Shown: positions 40,438-55,937 of the stretch, piece after piece
How the letters are laid out: the number at the start of each line of letters is the position of its first letter
How positions within the stretch are numbered: position 1 is the first letter of the stretch
Position numbers and translations under genes: made by a program
Assembly (NCBI RefSeq): GCF_009914755.1
Contig: NC_060932.1
Direction: 5' to 3' (one strand)
Length of the DNA stretch: 64,000 nucleotides
Source of the DNA: the human T2T-CHM13v2.0 reference genome, Homo sapiens
The notes under the pieces: generated by a model
The model's database searches: none
What the model saw: the letters and a program-made list of their open reading frames with translations, nothing else
What the model was told of the DNA's origin: nothing

Positions 40438-42599
40438 GTCATTTATTGTTTTCCAAATATAAAAGCAAATATAAACACAAGGGATAGTTATGTTATATAT
40501 AAATAAAGAAATGGTAACATTTTGCCTTTGTGTAGCTTCTATTGACCACATTCCAGGTTTAGAAGTCTTTAGAAGTCCTATGTCATTGCCTGTTTCTTTG
40601 GATTTCCATAAACCTCAGACATTTTTGCCATTCAGGTTCCAAACCAGTTTCTTCTTGTTTTGAACTTCCCAACTCAGACCAGCTATGTCACACAGTAAGA
40701 GAGACAAGAAGAATTGTTTTATCTCTGGGATAAATCAAACAATACTAATGATGATTACAGTGACTTCCAATGGAAAAAAATGTATCAAATGGAAAAGAGC
40801 TGCTTTCAGTGACATCATATTATAAAAAGCAAATAGTTTCATTTTATTGGATTTAGTAAGAAGCACCTGACGTAGAGAACTTCATGGTGTTATCACCAAT
40901 AGGGCATATTTATGGGAGCAGAAAAGCACTAAGCCTATCATAACAGTGCTGGCTGAATTTCAGAAAAATAATAAAACAACTCACTTGGGATTTCCAGGGC
41001 ATATTTCTTCCTGTACTTTCATATTCTCATTTCCTTATTTGGGTACTCATGAAGTAGCATTCTCAACTGGAATCATTTTTTTCTTTATGATGAGAAAATC
41101 AAATCTCAGGCTAGAGGGCTGATATTTAATCATCCATAGTAAGAATTTTTTCTTATAGACAAATACATAATTAGAAAATTGACTAATGCTTTCTGTTTAT
41201 TTACTAAATATCTTATTAACTTGGTTTCAGTTCTACCCATAGCAACAGTGTATATACTCAGAAATTTATTTAATAACATAGTGCAAAATTATCAAATTGT
41301 CCAATATTGACATTCTTTGGGCAAACCCAAGCCTTTTAACTATTATAACCTATAAGGGATAATTTAACAATGAAGAGGACCTTATTTACATACTCATAGT
41401 TCTACTAGCAATTCATACAAATAAATTATTAAAACAAACCCATGAGATTTTGTTTTGTATTGCCTTTTTTAAAAAGAAAATAAAATCTGCTGCTAATGTG
41501 ATAAAGATATCACATGTAGATAAAAACACAGTATATATGAATAAATACTACAAATAAGTAAATCTCTGAATAAGCATTAACATACAAATGTAACATGTAA
41601 TTATAATATACATGAAGACTAAAAATGTTAAGAAAAAGCCCAGCAAAAAGGTCCTAATTATAATCTTAATTCCATATAATATCTTGCTGTTTTAATCAAA
41701 ATAATTTGACAACGGTATAACTAAGATTTTGTTTTTATAACTTTTTAAACGTTTTCCTATAAGTATAAATCAGTAACTTTTTAAACATATTCATATCCAT
41801 ATAAACCAGTATCACAAACTACAAAACATATTATAAATCATACGTCTTATCTCAATTTGGCATTTGTGAAGCTTGAACTCAATTGATAATAATAAATATT
41901 CAAATATAATTTATGTTTGTGCAAAATTTTGATTTTAAATGGTTTATATTTCCGTATTCTCTTTTGCTTGCTAAAAAAATTTAGACAGTGACTGAATTAT
42001 TTTGAAATTTAGTATAACTTCTTTTATTTTATCTTTCCAATATCCAGAAAATGCTTTTTATCACAAGAGTTTATTTACACTGACATCACAGATGTTACTC
42101 TCTTCATGTTCATAGCATCTTGGAAAGTACTGAATATTTATTTCTACCTAGTTGGATGTATTGAGTCAAGAAGGTTTCGCCAACATAGTGAACATTGACT
42201 AGTTATTTGTATAATAACAACCACTATAAAACTATCTTGCTTAATGTATAGAGATACAATATAGAAAATTTCATTTTCGGTAAACTATAAATAATTTAAT
42301 TTAATTGCATATAATTTGGAATGAGTGAGTGTATGTTTTCAATAATTTATTTAAGAAACCTAGGAAGGAGGATGAAATACTAACTCTGATATTTAAAAAA
42401 ATGTTGTGATACTATTATATGTTGGGGTTCTCATTATACATTTAGGCTTTTCAATTTAGACTGCATATGGATTCAGATCGGTAAAAAAGTCATTCTGAGT
42501 ATGCATCCTTGGTAAGACTATTGGTGGGTTAGACGCCAGCTTCATTTACAACCATGAAGTTCAGTTGACAGAATATATATAACCAAACAACAATTGTTA

Positions 42600-42830
42600 A
42601 TAACTGTACAGAGCTTTACAGTTTGCGAGATGCTGTTGGATGATTATTTCATTTGTTGCTTACATCTACTATGTGATATAGTGCAGAAATCGTTATTATC
42701 TACATTTGGAAAAGAGATAATTGAACAATAAAGATGTTGCTTTCCCAGGATACCTGAAATAAAAGGCTGGAACAGGACATTGAACCAAGATCTTTGGACT
42801 TTTGCCTAGTGCCTCTTGCTCTACTAGGCT
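42600..42830 (-). mobile_element. MIR/MIR3 SINE fragment
   Basis: gctttacagtttgc...ttatttcatttg...ttattatctacattt...ggaacaggacattgaaccaagatctttggact. Confidence 0.65.
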
Positions 42831-43394
42831 TTCACTGCAAAGCATACTGAGATCATTCAAACATATGGCAATATTGTTTGGGGATGCAATATATCTAAAC
42901 ATAAACAGGCAACAAAAGAAAAAATAATCATCATATGGTTTATCAACTTTATGAAACATGTTTAAAAGCTAATGTCTCAGTTTTTGTATTTTTATGCTTT
43001 TAAGAAGGAAAAACTTCAGAGTAGATCATAAAAATGGATCAAAATATGAATGAAAAATATAGACAATGAAAATTTTTGATAGACAATGAAGAGGATTTTA
43101 TTTACATTGATTTCAGTGAAACTGGGATTTTAAAAAATCCTCTTAGTAGACTTGAGATTAATTTCTTCCATTTCAACACTGATGTGATGATTCTGGCCTA
43201 CCTTCACCCCATAGTGTAATGTATTTGTGCTCTTTGATATGGATTAAATATACCGTTTTGTAATGTATAGGTAATATCATTGTCTGCCTCCTTTGTGTTC
43301 GAGAAGAATATTTTCTTATTCCTTTCAGTTTTGGAGTTAAGACAGCCTACTGTTACCTCTTATATTCTCCATGAACACTATAGAAGGTAAAGCA

Positions 43395-43600
43395 ACTGTT
43401 ATTTACCAGCAGCTGTAGGCGTATGCACTACCTGAAACATTTTGTATGCATTACTTAAATCCCCTTAATTACTCCATAAGGCTGAAATTATTATCTTGAT
43501 ATGACAGAGAAGAAAAGTAAGGCTCATAAAAGTTAAGATTGTTTCAAATATCACATTATTAGTGCAAGAAGAATAAGCCAAAATTTAGGCTAAATTTTAT
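43395..43600 (-). mobile_element. MIR SINE fragment
   Basis: cttaaatccccttaattactccataagg...attattatc...acagagaagaaaagtaaggctcataaaagttaag. Confidence 0.55.
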
Positions 43601-43714
43601 GTTGATTTTTTTTAACTTTAAAGTCTATTCTTTTCCTGCAAGAAGATTCACGTAATAGACATCATATTAAAGTATATCCTGTTTTCAATTACTTTCAATA
43701 GTAATAAACTTTTC

Positions 43715-43980
43715 AAAGGAAACAATCAACAAAGTGATGAGACAACTCATATAATGGGAGAAAATATTTGCAAAGTATGCATCTGAGAAGGGATTAATAA
43801 GCAGAATATATAAAGAGTTCAAATAGCTCTACAGAAAAAACCTAATAATCCTATTCAAATATGGACAAAAAGTCTGGATAGACATTTCTGAAAAGAAGAC
43901 ATACAAATGGCAAATAGGTACATGAAAAAGTGCTCATGTACTTTTTCTCTGGTTGATCACCAGAGAAATGCAAATCAAAT
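43715..43980 (+). mobile_element. L1MA-like ORF2 fragment
   Basis: aaaggaaacaatcaacaaagtg...aatgggagaaaatatttgcaaa...agacatttctgaaaagaagacatacaaatggc...gagaaatgcaaatcaaa. Confidence 0.88.
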
Positions 43981-44895
43981 AAATATCTTTTGAAAGTGAA
44001 TGTTTTAGAACAGTTTATAACATTTTTTGATAAAAATACAAGTCCACAATTGAACCAGAAAAGAAAGATAAAAAGAGAGAGCATGATAGAATATATTTTT
44101 CAACCAAGATGCTTATTTCATAAACAAATCATAGACACTGGGGGCTTGCAGCAGAAGCACTTGCTTAGCCTTATCTGTGGTATTCCCAGGATGATCAGGT
44201 AATGAAAAGTCAACATGTTGTATAGTGGATGTATATGCATGTTCATACATGTTTTTTTTAATATTTCTTTGAACGAAGGGATTTCCATCTATACTGACAG
44301 CCCTTATAAATATGCAATTAATAAATTATACTAAATAATTTGGAACTTCAAATGAACTTCAATTTTGGCTCAACATAAAATAGATTTCAAAAATGTACAA
44401 AAAATGTGTATATGTGTATATATATATGTGAATATGTTTCATATAAAGAAAATGTCCACTGTCATGTTTTAAAAAAGAACCTCTGGAATTCAGTAACTTT
44501 ATTCTTTCTCTATGAAAGGAGCAGTTTGCATCCTCAGGTTCCATATGTTCAAAGGATTGTTTCACATTCTTGACCCATTGAAGGAATAACCTAGCAAGTC
44601 AATTAACGTGGAATGAATGGACTTACGTGCAGATAGATGGTGTCTTCAGATCTTATGAGAAGATTTTGCATTTTGTCCTTCTAACCTATTTATAAATTCT
44701 AATTTTGCCTTAAAAGTTACAAATAATTCTAAATTATAGACTGTTGCTGACCTTTAAGGAAGCATCCTTTCTAAACTCAAAATAAAAAATACAAAAAATA
44801 CAAAAGTGTCCTTTATCCTTCTCTGATTAAAAGATAATTTCAGTTATCTCACTTTTTGATAAATTTCTTCTTATCTAACAGTTCATGTATTTCTC

Positions 44896-45443
44896 TGTGG
44901 TAGGCAGAATTTGAAGATCAAACTGGTGACATTTACATTCTGGGGTTACTCCTATAATTACATGCCAAAAGGGAGATTACAGACCTGCACTTAGTCTAAA
45001 TATATGAGCCATTTAAAATCAAAGAGTTTTATCCACTTGGTGGAAGAAGAGTAGAAGAGAAAGTCAGAGGGATCCAAAATGTGAGAAGAACTCAATTAAT
45101 TCCTGTTGCTTTGAATGCTAGGTCCATATCAGAAGGAATGTGGGTAGCATCTAAGAGTAGAGAGTTCTCCCTCCTGATGACTAGCAAGGAAGTGAGACTG
45201 GAGACCATCAGCCACAACGAACTGGACTCTGGCAACACCTTGAATAAGCTTAGAAGTAGATTTTTCCCCAGAGTTTCCAGATAAAACCCAGTCAATGTGA
45301 CACCTTGATTTGAGCCTGGTAAGACTCTAAGCAGAGTTCAGTTCAACTTGTTCAGAATTCTGATGTAATAAATGGGTATTTTTTCAATTGCTAAGTTGTG
45401 GTAATTTATTTTTGAAGCAAAACCAAAAAAAAGCCCTAATACA
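44896..45443 (+). mobile_element. MaLR solo LTR (MLT1E-like)
   Basis: tgtggtaggcagaattt...gcaaggaagtg...caacaccttgaataagcttagaagtagatttttccccagag...gacaccttgattt...ctaataca. Confidence 0.85.
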
Positions 45444-45489
45444 TTAAGATTTCTTTTAAAAAGTTTATCTCCAGAATTTATTATTTAAT

Positions 45490-45640
45490 AGTAAAAAGTA
45501 TTAGTGAACTCTTATCATGTGTCAAGCACAGGACTAGACAATGGTAATACAAAGATGTGCATCACAGTCACTACTGTGAGGTCTTCATAACAGAAGAAAA
45601 GTAAAAACATAAACTGCTCCATAGAGTGATGACTGAAAAA
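45490..45640 (-). mobile_element. L2 3' end fragment
   Basis: gtattagtgaactcttatcatgtgtcaagcacaggactagacaatggtaatacaaagatg. Confidence 0.5.
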
Positions 45641-47249
45641 TGTGAATCATTTCAAAATATGAAGGTGTCACTAAGAAGCACACATTTATTTAATGGCTGT
45701 TTTATCTATGTGGTGAGGTTTTTGAAATTATTGAAATACTTATTTTCTCATGAGCTGATACATATTTCTAAAGACTTTCATTTCCTTTACTTATGTCGCT
45801 TTGAATTGTACATTTTATGAATGCTATCTCCTCTATAGTCTTACAAAGTTAGTAATTTATTATGTAATGTATTGACTTTCATTGTCAGTCACTTAATCTC
45901 TATCAATAACGAACTCAAAGTATTTTCATTCCAAAGAAGGGCTTATGCATCTTTTTGTTTTATGGAGTTTCTAGCACCAGTATTCAACTGAGTTCAGGGA
46001 AGTATGCAATACATTCTGAGAACAAAATTTTGAAACTGAACAGAGATATGTACCCCATGAAATCAAGATGACATTTAAACATTGAGAAGAATAACATATT
46101 TAAAATTTTAAACGAAACATTACTTTGTAAAAGAAGGATGATTCATTCAAATGTTAATATGTAGACATATGGCTTCAGGCATATCATTCCCCATAAATAA
46201 AACATGCAAAGTGCTTTTATTCTACCCCCCAAAGGACCCTTTTATATAATTGATTGAGATATCATTAAAACCATTTTTTATAACATTAAACAAAAAATTT
46301 TCATACTATCTGCATTTTAGATATTTCTCCATGATGTGTCACAAGTTACTGAAATAGAGGTTACGTGTAAATATTAACCAAAAAGCAATCTTTTGTGAAA
46401 TTATAATCTTTCTCTTCTGTACTTCTGTCTTTTATGTCTGTTTGGTATATTTGAAATTAGTTTAATACTCAACTTCTTAAGGACAAAAGACAGAAAGTCT
46501 GCCAGTTTCCAGTATGGCAAAGTGATGACTCTTACCCCCAGGCTAATGAGTTATAGTTTATTTCTTTGACCTCTTCTGGAAATTACTGTAAGATCATTTG
46601 AAGAGAAAGTTGAGTATTGTCATCATCCATTCTGATTTCACATTTTTCATTAGGCCAAATATATTCTAATCAAAATATTAAAAACAATGTTAAAATACCC
46701 TAAAACAAGCAGATTTTGAGATGATGGCACAGTCGCAATATGATAAAAATAATGAATTAAAGAAAGCTTCCTATTAAAACTTTTTTATATAAAAAGAAAA
46801 CCATACAGAATAAAGTAAATGAAGTGCTATTCATCCTTTGGTAGTCAGGCAATACATACTGGTTCAGTGTCTCCTTCAAATAGAGAGGAAATAGTTCAAA
46901 AAAAAAAAAAAGAAAAGAGAGAGAGAGGGAGGGAGGGAAGGAAAATCTTATATTATAGCAGATTATCTCCTATTGATTGTTGTTAGTGGGAAAATAAAAA
47001 TTTCTCCATTTTAATAGAATTTTAGTAACTAGAAAATTGGCAAATAATTTTTCTTTAAGAGTCAATTGGATTAATTGATACAATATTTCATAGAGATGAT
47101 TTCTGTAAATATGCGACTGATAAAGAATCATTTTTAAAAACTGGAATCATGACTTACCAATATAAAATGAACAAGTGTCAAATGTTAACACATGAATAAG
47201 TTAAGGAATCAGAAAGATGTTAAAAATGGTTCAATAGAAATCTGAAGAC

Positions 47250-49968
47250 TCTCATTCTATGAGTCCAGCATTACCCTAATACCAAAACCAGACAGGAACA
47301 CAACAACAAAAAAAGAAAACTACAAGGATATCCCTGATGAACAGAGATACAAAACATCTCACAAAATATCAACAAATTGAATTTAACAACTTATTAAAAA
47401 TATCTTTCACCATGATCAAGTGGGATTCGTCCCAGGGATGCAAGGATGGTTCAACATAATGCAAATCAATAAATGTGATACATCACATTGACAGAATCAA
47501 GCACAAAACCCATATGATCATTTCAATAGCTGCTGTAAAAGCATTCAATAAAATTCAACACTTGTTTATGATAAAAAATCTCAACAAACTGAGTATTGAA
47601 GAAACACCTCAAAATAATAAAGGCCATATATAACAAACCCACATCTCAAATCAGACTGAATATGGAAAAATTAAAGGCCTTTTCTCCAAGATCTGAATCA
47701 AGACCAGAATGTCCACTTGGACCACATTTTTTTTCAATATGATATTAGAAATCCTGGCCAGAGCCATTATACAAGAGAAAAAATGAAAGTGCATCCAATT
47801 TGGAAAGGAAGAAGTCAAATTATCTTTGTTCACAATTGACATTATCTTATATTTATAAAACACTTAAGACTTCATCAAAAAACTATTATTAAAAACTGAT
47901 ATATTAATTTAGTAAAGGTGCTAGGTACAAAATTAATATATAAAAATTAAGAGCAGTTATATATGCCAACAGCAAACAACCTGAAAAAAAAATCGAGAAA
48001 GCAATTCAATTTATGATAGGTACAAAAATACAAAGTACTACGGAAAAAATTTCACCAAAGAAGTGAAAGATGTCTACAAGAAAAAATACAAAACACTGAT
48101 AAAAGAAATTGAAGACTGCACCAAAAAAGGAAAGATAACCCATGCACCTGGATTGAAAGAATTAATGTTTTAAAAATGTTCATACTACCCAATGTGATTT
48201 GCAGATTTAATGCCATCCCTATCAAAATACAAATTACATTCTTCAAATAAATAGGAAAAAAGTTCTAAAATCTGAATGGAACTACAAAAGACCCTGAATA
48301 GCCAAAGCAAACTTGAGCAAAAAGAACAAGTTTGGAGCCATTACACTACCTGATTTCAAAATACACTACAAAGCCATAGTAACCAAAAATCATGGCACTG
48401 GGCTTAATAACAGACACATAGAACAATTCAAGAGAATAGAGAATCCAGAAATAAATCCACACATACACAGATGACTCATTTTCAACAAAGGCACAAAGAA
48501 CATACATTGGGGAAGGACAATCTCTTTAATAAATGGATCTGGAAAAACTCTATAACCTTTGTAAAAGAATGTAACTAGACCCCCATTTCTCACCATATAC
48601 AAAAATCAAATTAAAATAGATTAAAGACATAGACCTGAAATCTAAGACCTGAAACTATGAAATCTAAGGGACCTGAAATCTAAGACCTGAAACTATGAAA
48701 CTACTAAAAGAAACCATTAGGGAAGTGCTTAGAATACGTCTGGGCAAAGAATTTTTGGGTGAAAGCTCAAAAGCACAGCCAGCAAAAGCAAGAACAGAAA
48801 AATAAGATTTCATCAAGTTAAAAAAGTTCTGCACAGCTAAGGAAACAATCCACAACCCACAGAATGAGAAAAAAATATTTTCAATTTATGCATCTGGCAA
48901 GGGAAAACTACCAGACTATATAAGGAACTCATACAAGTCAATAGCAAAACAAACAAACAAATAATCCAATTTAAAAATGCACAAAAGATCTGACCAGACA
49001 TTTCTCAAAGGAAGACATACAAATGGCCAATAGAATCTTTTTTAAATGTTCAAGATCACTAATTATCAAGGAAATGCAAATGAAAACTACAATGAGATAT
49101 CTCACCCCAGTTAAAATGGCTTTCATCAAAAAGACAAAAAAATAACAGATCCTCTTGAGGATATGGAGAAAGGGGAAAGTCATACACTGTTGGTGGGAAT
49201 TAATGCAGCATGAATACAGCATGGAGGTTCCTCAAAAGGCTAAGAATAGAACTCCATGTAATTCAGCAATCCCACTACTGTGTGTGTGTGTGTGTGTGTG
49301 TCTATTGATTTCCTTTCTTTTGCGTGTGTGAGAAATCAATATATCAAAGAGATATCTACACTTCCTATTATAGCACTATTAACAATAGCAAAAATGTGGA
49401 ACCAACCTAGGTTTCCATGAATGGATGAATGAATAAAGAAATGTCTTTTACACACACACACATAATGGAACGTTATTTGGCCACACAAAAAAAAATGAAA
49501 TCCTACTATTTACTGCTACATGGATGGAACTGTAGGTCATTATGTTAAGTGAAATAAGCCAGACACATAAAGGGAAATATCACATATTCTTACTCATATA
49601 TGGGAGTTAAAAATTTAGATCTCATGAAGATAGAGAGTAGATAGCGGTTACCAAAGGCTGGGATGGGAAATAGGGAAGGAAGGAATAAACAGAGTTTGAT
49701 TAGTGAATACAAAAAGACAGTTAGGTATAAGGAAAAAAGATCTAGTGTTCGATAGTTCAGTAGGGTGACTATAGTTAACAGTAATCTATTATATATGTCA
49801 AAAGAGTCAGAAGAAAATAATTCAATAATTCAGTGTAAAGATAAATGCTTGAGGTGATGGATACTCCAATTACCCTTATTTGATCATTACACATTATACG
49901 AATGTATCAAAATATCACAAATATCCCTAAAATATGCTCACCTATTATATTATGTATCATTTTTTAAA
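47250..49968 (+). mobile_element. L1MA (L1MA2-4-like), 5'-truncated, ORF2 decayed, 3' UTR present
   Basis: ctcattctatgagtccagcattaccctaataccaaaacc...caagtgggattcgtcccagggatgcaaggatggttcaacat...tttgatcattacacatt...gtatcaaaatatcac. Confidence 0.93.
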
Positions 49969-50117
49969 ACATCCAAAGACAGACACACACACAAACACAC
50001 TCAGGAATGCTGAAATTATTTTGCGAATAAATGCACAATGATTAATATACAAAAAGCAATAAAATGCAATGTTTGGAATCATCTCTTGGTGTGGGGAGAA
50101 TGTCATAAAAACATTCT

Positions 50118-50520
<403 letters not shown>

Positions 50521-50965
50521 CTATCTCTAAGAATTTCAAGATAGAACATTCAGAAACAAGAGAAACAAATTCCTATAGAACTGGAAAACTCTAAGAGTAT
50601 TCTGGACAATGTCCAGTATTCCATTGTAAGAATAGCCTGTAATCTTTTGCCTACTTCAAAGACTTCACCATTTTTTCAACACTATGACCCTTTTATTCTA
50701 GAAATATATTCTTGTATTGGAAAAACTTTTTTCATTTAATATTTACATTAGGTAACTGTCATTACAGGTTATTGAACATGCCAAGTTGAATAAGTTATGG
50801 ATCCCTCAATCAAAGGATATTTTACTAAAGATATATAGAGTCAAGTGAATTATGAATTTCAGTGCAATGAGATAAATAATAGGTTAAAGGAATATTCTTA
50901 GAAGCAATAGTTGAGCTCAACACATGTATATATAAATATATATATATATATATTTCCACCTTGGT

Positions 50966-53900
50966 CTTTTTTAATATAAATTTAAGGGGTACAAATGCAA
51001 TTTTGTCACAAAGATATATTGCATAATAGTGAAGCCTGGGCTTTTAGTGTAGCCATCACTCAAATAATGTATATTTTATCCATTAAATGATTTCTCATCA
51101 TCCAACCCCTCTCACTCCCCAAACCTTGGGTGTCTCTAATGTCCATCACTTCACACTCTATGTCCATGTTTAAATATTACTTATTTCCCACTTATAAGTG
51201 AAAGCATGGTATTTTTCTCTCTGTTTCTGAGTTAATTTTTTGAAGATAATGGCCTCCAATTCTATCCACCTTGTTGCAAAAGACATGATTTCATTTTTTA
51301 TGGATGAATAGTATTCTACTATGTGTATATACCACATTTTCTTTATCCAGTCATCCACTGATGGACGCTTGGGTTGATTTCATATCACTGCTATTATGAA
51401 CAGTGCTGTGATAAACATTTGAGTGCAATTATCTTTTTCTTATAATGATTTTTTTTCCTTTGGAAAGATACTTAATAATGGAATTGCTGAATTGAATGGT
51501 AGTTCAATTTTTAGTTGATATATCTTCATACTGCTTTTCATAGAGGTTATACTAATGTACATTTCCACTAGCAGTGTATAAGTGTTCCTTTTCTCCACAT
51601 CCTTGCCAGCACCTGTTGTTTTATGTCTTTTTAATAGTAGCCATTCTGACTGGTGTAAGATGATGTCTCAGTGTGTTTTAACTTGCATTTATCTGATAAT
51701 TACTGATGTTTTTATGTGCTCATTGCCCATTTGTTATGGCTTCTTTTGAAAAATATCTATGTCATCTGCCCACTTTTTAATAGGATTTTTTTATCATTTC
51801 TTGTAAATTCTGGATATTAGTCCTCCGTCAGATACATAGTTTGCTAGTATTTTCTCCCATTCTGCTGATCATCTTCCCACTCTGTTATTTGTTTTGCTAT
51901 GCAAAAGCATCTTAGTTTAATTGTTTCACTTGTCTGTTTTAGCTTTTGTCTCTTGTGCTTTTGAGATTTGTCATGAATTCTTTGAGCAGACCAAGATCCA
52001 GAAAAATTTTCCCTAGGTTTTCTTCAAGAAATTTTTATGGCTTCAGGTCTTTCATTTAAGTCTTTAACTCATCTTGTGATTATGGTGAGAGATAGGGGAA
52101 CATTTTTATTCTTCTGCATATAGCAATTCAATTTTTCCAGCACTATTTATGAAAAAGGGTGTTCTTTCCCCACTGTATGCTCTTGTTGGCTTTGACAAAG
52201 ATCAGTTGGCTGTAGATATGTGGCCGTATCATGTATTATTTATTCTATTCCATTGATTTATGTGACTATTTTTATACCAATACCAGGTTGTTTGGTTACT
52301 ATAGCCATGTATTATAATTTGATTCAGGTAATGTGTTACCTCCAGCTTTGTTCTTTTTGCTTAGGATTGCTTTGAATATTCAGGTTCTTTTAGAATGTGT
52401 ATGTATTTAAAAATTTTTTGGTAATTCTGTGAAAAATGATGTTGGTATTTTGATAGGCATTGCATTAAATCTGTATATTTAAGTAGAAAGTACAGTCATT
52501 TGAACAATATTAATTCCTCTGATTCATAAGCATGGGATGTTTTTCCACTTGTGTCATTTACAATTTCTTTCATCAATGTTTTGTAGTTTACTTTGAAAAG
52601 ATTTTTCATCATCTTGGTTAAATGTATTCCTACATTTTATTTGTGTATTTATGTATTTATTATTTATTGTAGCCATTGTAAATGGATTGCCTTCTCGATT
52701 TGATTTTCAGGAAGATCATTATTGGTATTTAGAAATGCTACTGATTCTTGTATGTTGACTTTGTATCCTGCAAGTTAATGAATTTGTTTATCAGGTCTAG
52801 AGTTTTTGGTGTAGTCTTTAGGGGTTTTTTGGATATAGGATCATAGTATCAGCAAACAGAAACAATTTGACCACCTCTTTTCCAATTTGGATATCTTTTA
52901 TTTCTTTTCCTTGCCTGATTGTTCTGGCTAGGACTTTCAGTACTATTTAGAATAGGAGTGGTGAAAGTGGGCATCCTTGTCTTGTTCTAGTTCTCAGAGG
53001 GAATGCTTTCAACTTTTTAAAATTCAGTATGATTTTCACTGTGGGTTTGTCATATATTACCTTTCTTATTTTGAGATATGTTCCTTCTATGTCTAATTTG
53101 TTGAAGTTTTTTTGTCATGAAAGAATGCTGAATTTGTCTATTGAATTTGTCAAATGCTTTTTATTTGTCTATTGAGATGATTATATGATTTTTGTCCTTA
53201 GTTCTCTTTATGTGATATATAACACTTATTGATTACGTATGTTGAACTATCCTTGCATCTCTGGAATAAAACCCAGTTGATCATGGTATATTATCCTTTT
53301 CATGTGCTGTTGGGTTTGATTTTGTAATATTTTGTTGAGAATTTTTGCTTCTATGTTCCTCTGGAATATTGATCTGCAGGTTTTCATTTTTGTTGTGTCC
53401 TTGTCTGATATTTGTATCACAGTGACACTGGCCTTGTAAAATGAGTTAGGGAGAAATCCCTCCTTCTTGATTTTTTTGGAACATTTTTAGGAGGATTAGT
53501 ATTAGGTTTTTTTCCTATATTTGGTAGAATTTAGCTATAAATCTATCGGATGCTGGGCTTTTTATTGGGATATTTTATTATTACTATTAGTTATTAAAAT
53601 TATTATTATTTTATTTATTATGTATAATAAAATATATATTTATATTTTATTATTTATTATTTATTATTTATTATTGTTATTAATTATTAAAATTATTATT
53701 AATTTTCTCACTACTACTGAGTCTCACTACTCATTAATGGTCTGTTCAGGAATCTGGTTCTTCCAGATTCAATCTTGGGAAGCTGCATGTTTCCAGGAAT
53801 TTCACCATTTCCTCTAGGTTTTCTAGTTTGTGAATGTTAGTTGTTCATGGTAATACTTAATGATCCTTTGTATTTCTATGGTATCAGGTGTAATAGCTCA

Positions 53901-54312
53901 TTTTTCACTTCAGACTTTTTTTGGGGGGTTCTTCTCTCTTCTTGATTAGCCTAGTTAGTGGTTTTTCAATTTTGTTTATTTTATTAAAGAACCATTTTTT
54001 ACCTTTTTTATCCTTTCTATTGTTTTGGGGTCTCTATTTCATTTACTTTTGCTCTGATCCTTGTTACTTCTTTTCTTCTGCTAACTTTGCGTTTTGTTTG
54101 TTGTTATTTTCTAGTTCCCTAAGTTGTGACATTAGGTTGTTAATTTATAATGTTTTCTACTTTTTGATGTAGACATTTAACGCTGTAAATTTCCCACTTA
54201 GCACTGCTTTTGTTGGATCCCACAGGTTTTGGTATTATTGTGTTTTGATTTTTATTTGTGACAAAAACATTTTTAATTTCTGCCTTAATTTCTTTGTTGA
54301 CATAATGATTGT
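50966..54312 (-). mobile_element. L1PB-like LINE-1, 5'-truncated (~3.3 kb)
   Basis: 3' UTR tttaaggggtacaaatgcaattttgtcaca...tgggcttttagtgtagccatcac; antisense ORF2 (aataggagtggtgaaagtgggcatccttgtcttg) to ~54310. Confidence 0.93.
53570..53705. repeat. (TTA)n / AT-rich expansion inside L1PB
   Basis: ttattattactattagttattaaaattattattatt... Confidence 0.85.
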
Positions 54313-54734
54313 ACAGTCTTTAAACCATTAAGAATAAGCCCCAGGGCTAAGGCCCATTTTCTCAGGAAAGAGAGGCATGACTTAAAATAACGAAGTTCAT
54401 TGTTTCTTTTCCAAGTTTTGAATTTTAAAATAAACATTTCAAACTACACCGTGAATATTGTCTTAGAAACTTGATTTTCCAGATGAAAACAAAAAAGCAC
54501 TTACAGAAAGAACTTGTAGTCTATTGCAGCAAGGTGCATTTTAAAATGAGAGAGAATGAAGAAGGCAAATGTGTGTGTGGGAGAAATGTGTGATAGAAAA
54601 ACTAAATGAGAAAATATTGCTTTTGTTTCTCAGGAAAATATGATACTTCCAAGACAATGATATGAAATTAGCTGAGGAAAGGCCTAATCTAAAAATCATG
54701 GTCCTGAGAAGTTTGCAGGTCTTCTTGCTTATGT

Positions 54735-55160
54735 GTGGTGATTCTCTTAACTCTTTGGTTTTGGGACCACTTTATATGTTAAAAATTATTGGAACTTCAC
54801 AGAGTTATAACATTTACCATATTAGAAATTGAAAATCTAGTATTTAGTGTATCCGAAATTCAAACAAAATTTTAATGCTAACATAAAAAATTTTAATAAA
54901 AAATTCATAAATTCCCAAAACAATAAAAGGGCTTTGATTTACATTTCATATATCACTTGAATTTTTGGTGTGATGAGACAGCTGGTTTCTCTTATTCATT
55001 TCCTCAGTAAACTACATATTTTTGTGATATGTCGTTGTGATTAAAAAATTTCAAGCCACACCCTGACATTTAGATGACAGAGACAGAAGTATTTTAATTG
55101 CTTTTTAAATATAATTGTAAATATTCTTCTATGTTACTATACCAACACTACACACATGGT
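54735..55160. mobile_element. hAT-Charlie DNA transposon, left part
   Basis: tttggttttgggaccactttatatgttaaaaattattgg...catattagaaatt...gacagctggtttctc...agtattttaattgc...atattcttc resembles a recalled Charlie-family consensus. Confidence 0.65.
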
Positions 55161-55539
55161 ATTTATTTATTTAATTATTTATTAAATTGTGATAAGAACA
55201 GTTAACATGGTATCTACTATCTTGACACACTTCTAAGTATACAATGCATTATTCTTAACTAAATGCACAATGTTATAGATTTATCTAGAACTTACTCATC
55301 TTGCATAATGTAAACTTTATACCTGATGAAAAGCAACTCCTTATTTCTTCCTCCTCGCAGTCCCTGACAACAATTACACTCTCTGCTTCTATAGTTTGAC
55401 TATTTTAGATTCCTCATGTAAGTGGCATCATGCAGTATTTGTTCTTCTGTGACTGGCTTACTTTGCTTAGCAAATGTCCTCCAAGATTCAGTCATAGTGT
55501 TGCCTGTGGCAGGATTTTCTTCCTTTCTAATGCGGAATT

Positions 55540-55854
<315 letters not shown>

Positions 55855-55937
55855 GATCTCCTCATATCTAATGCTGAATAATATTCTAATGTGATATAAA
55901 TATCACATTTCCTTTATCTATTCATCCATTAATAAAC

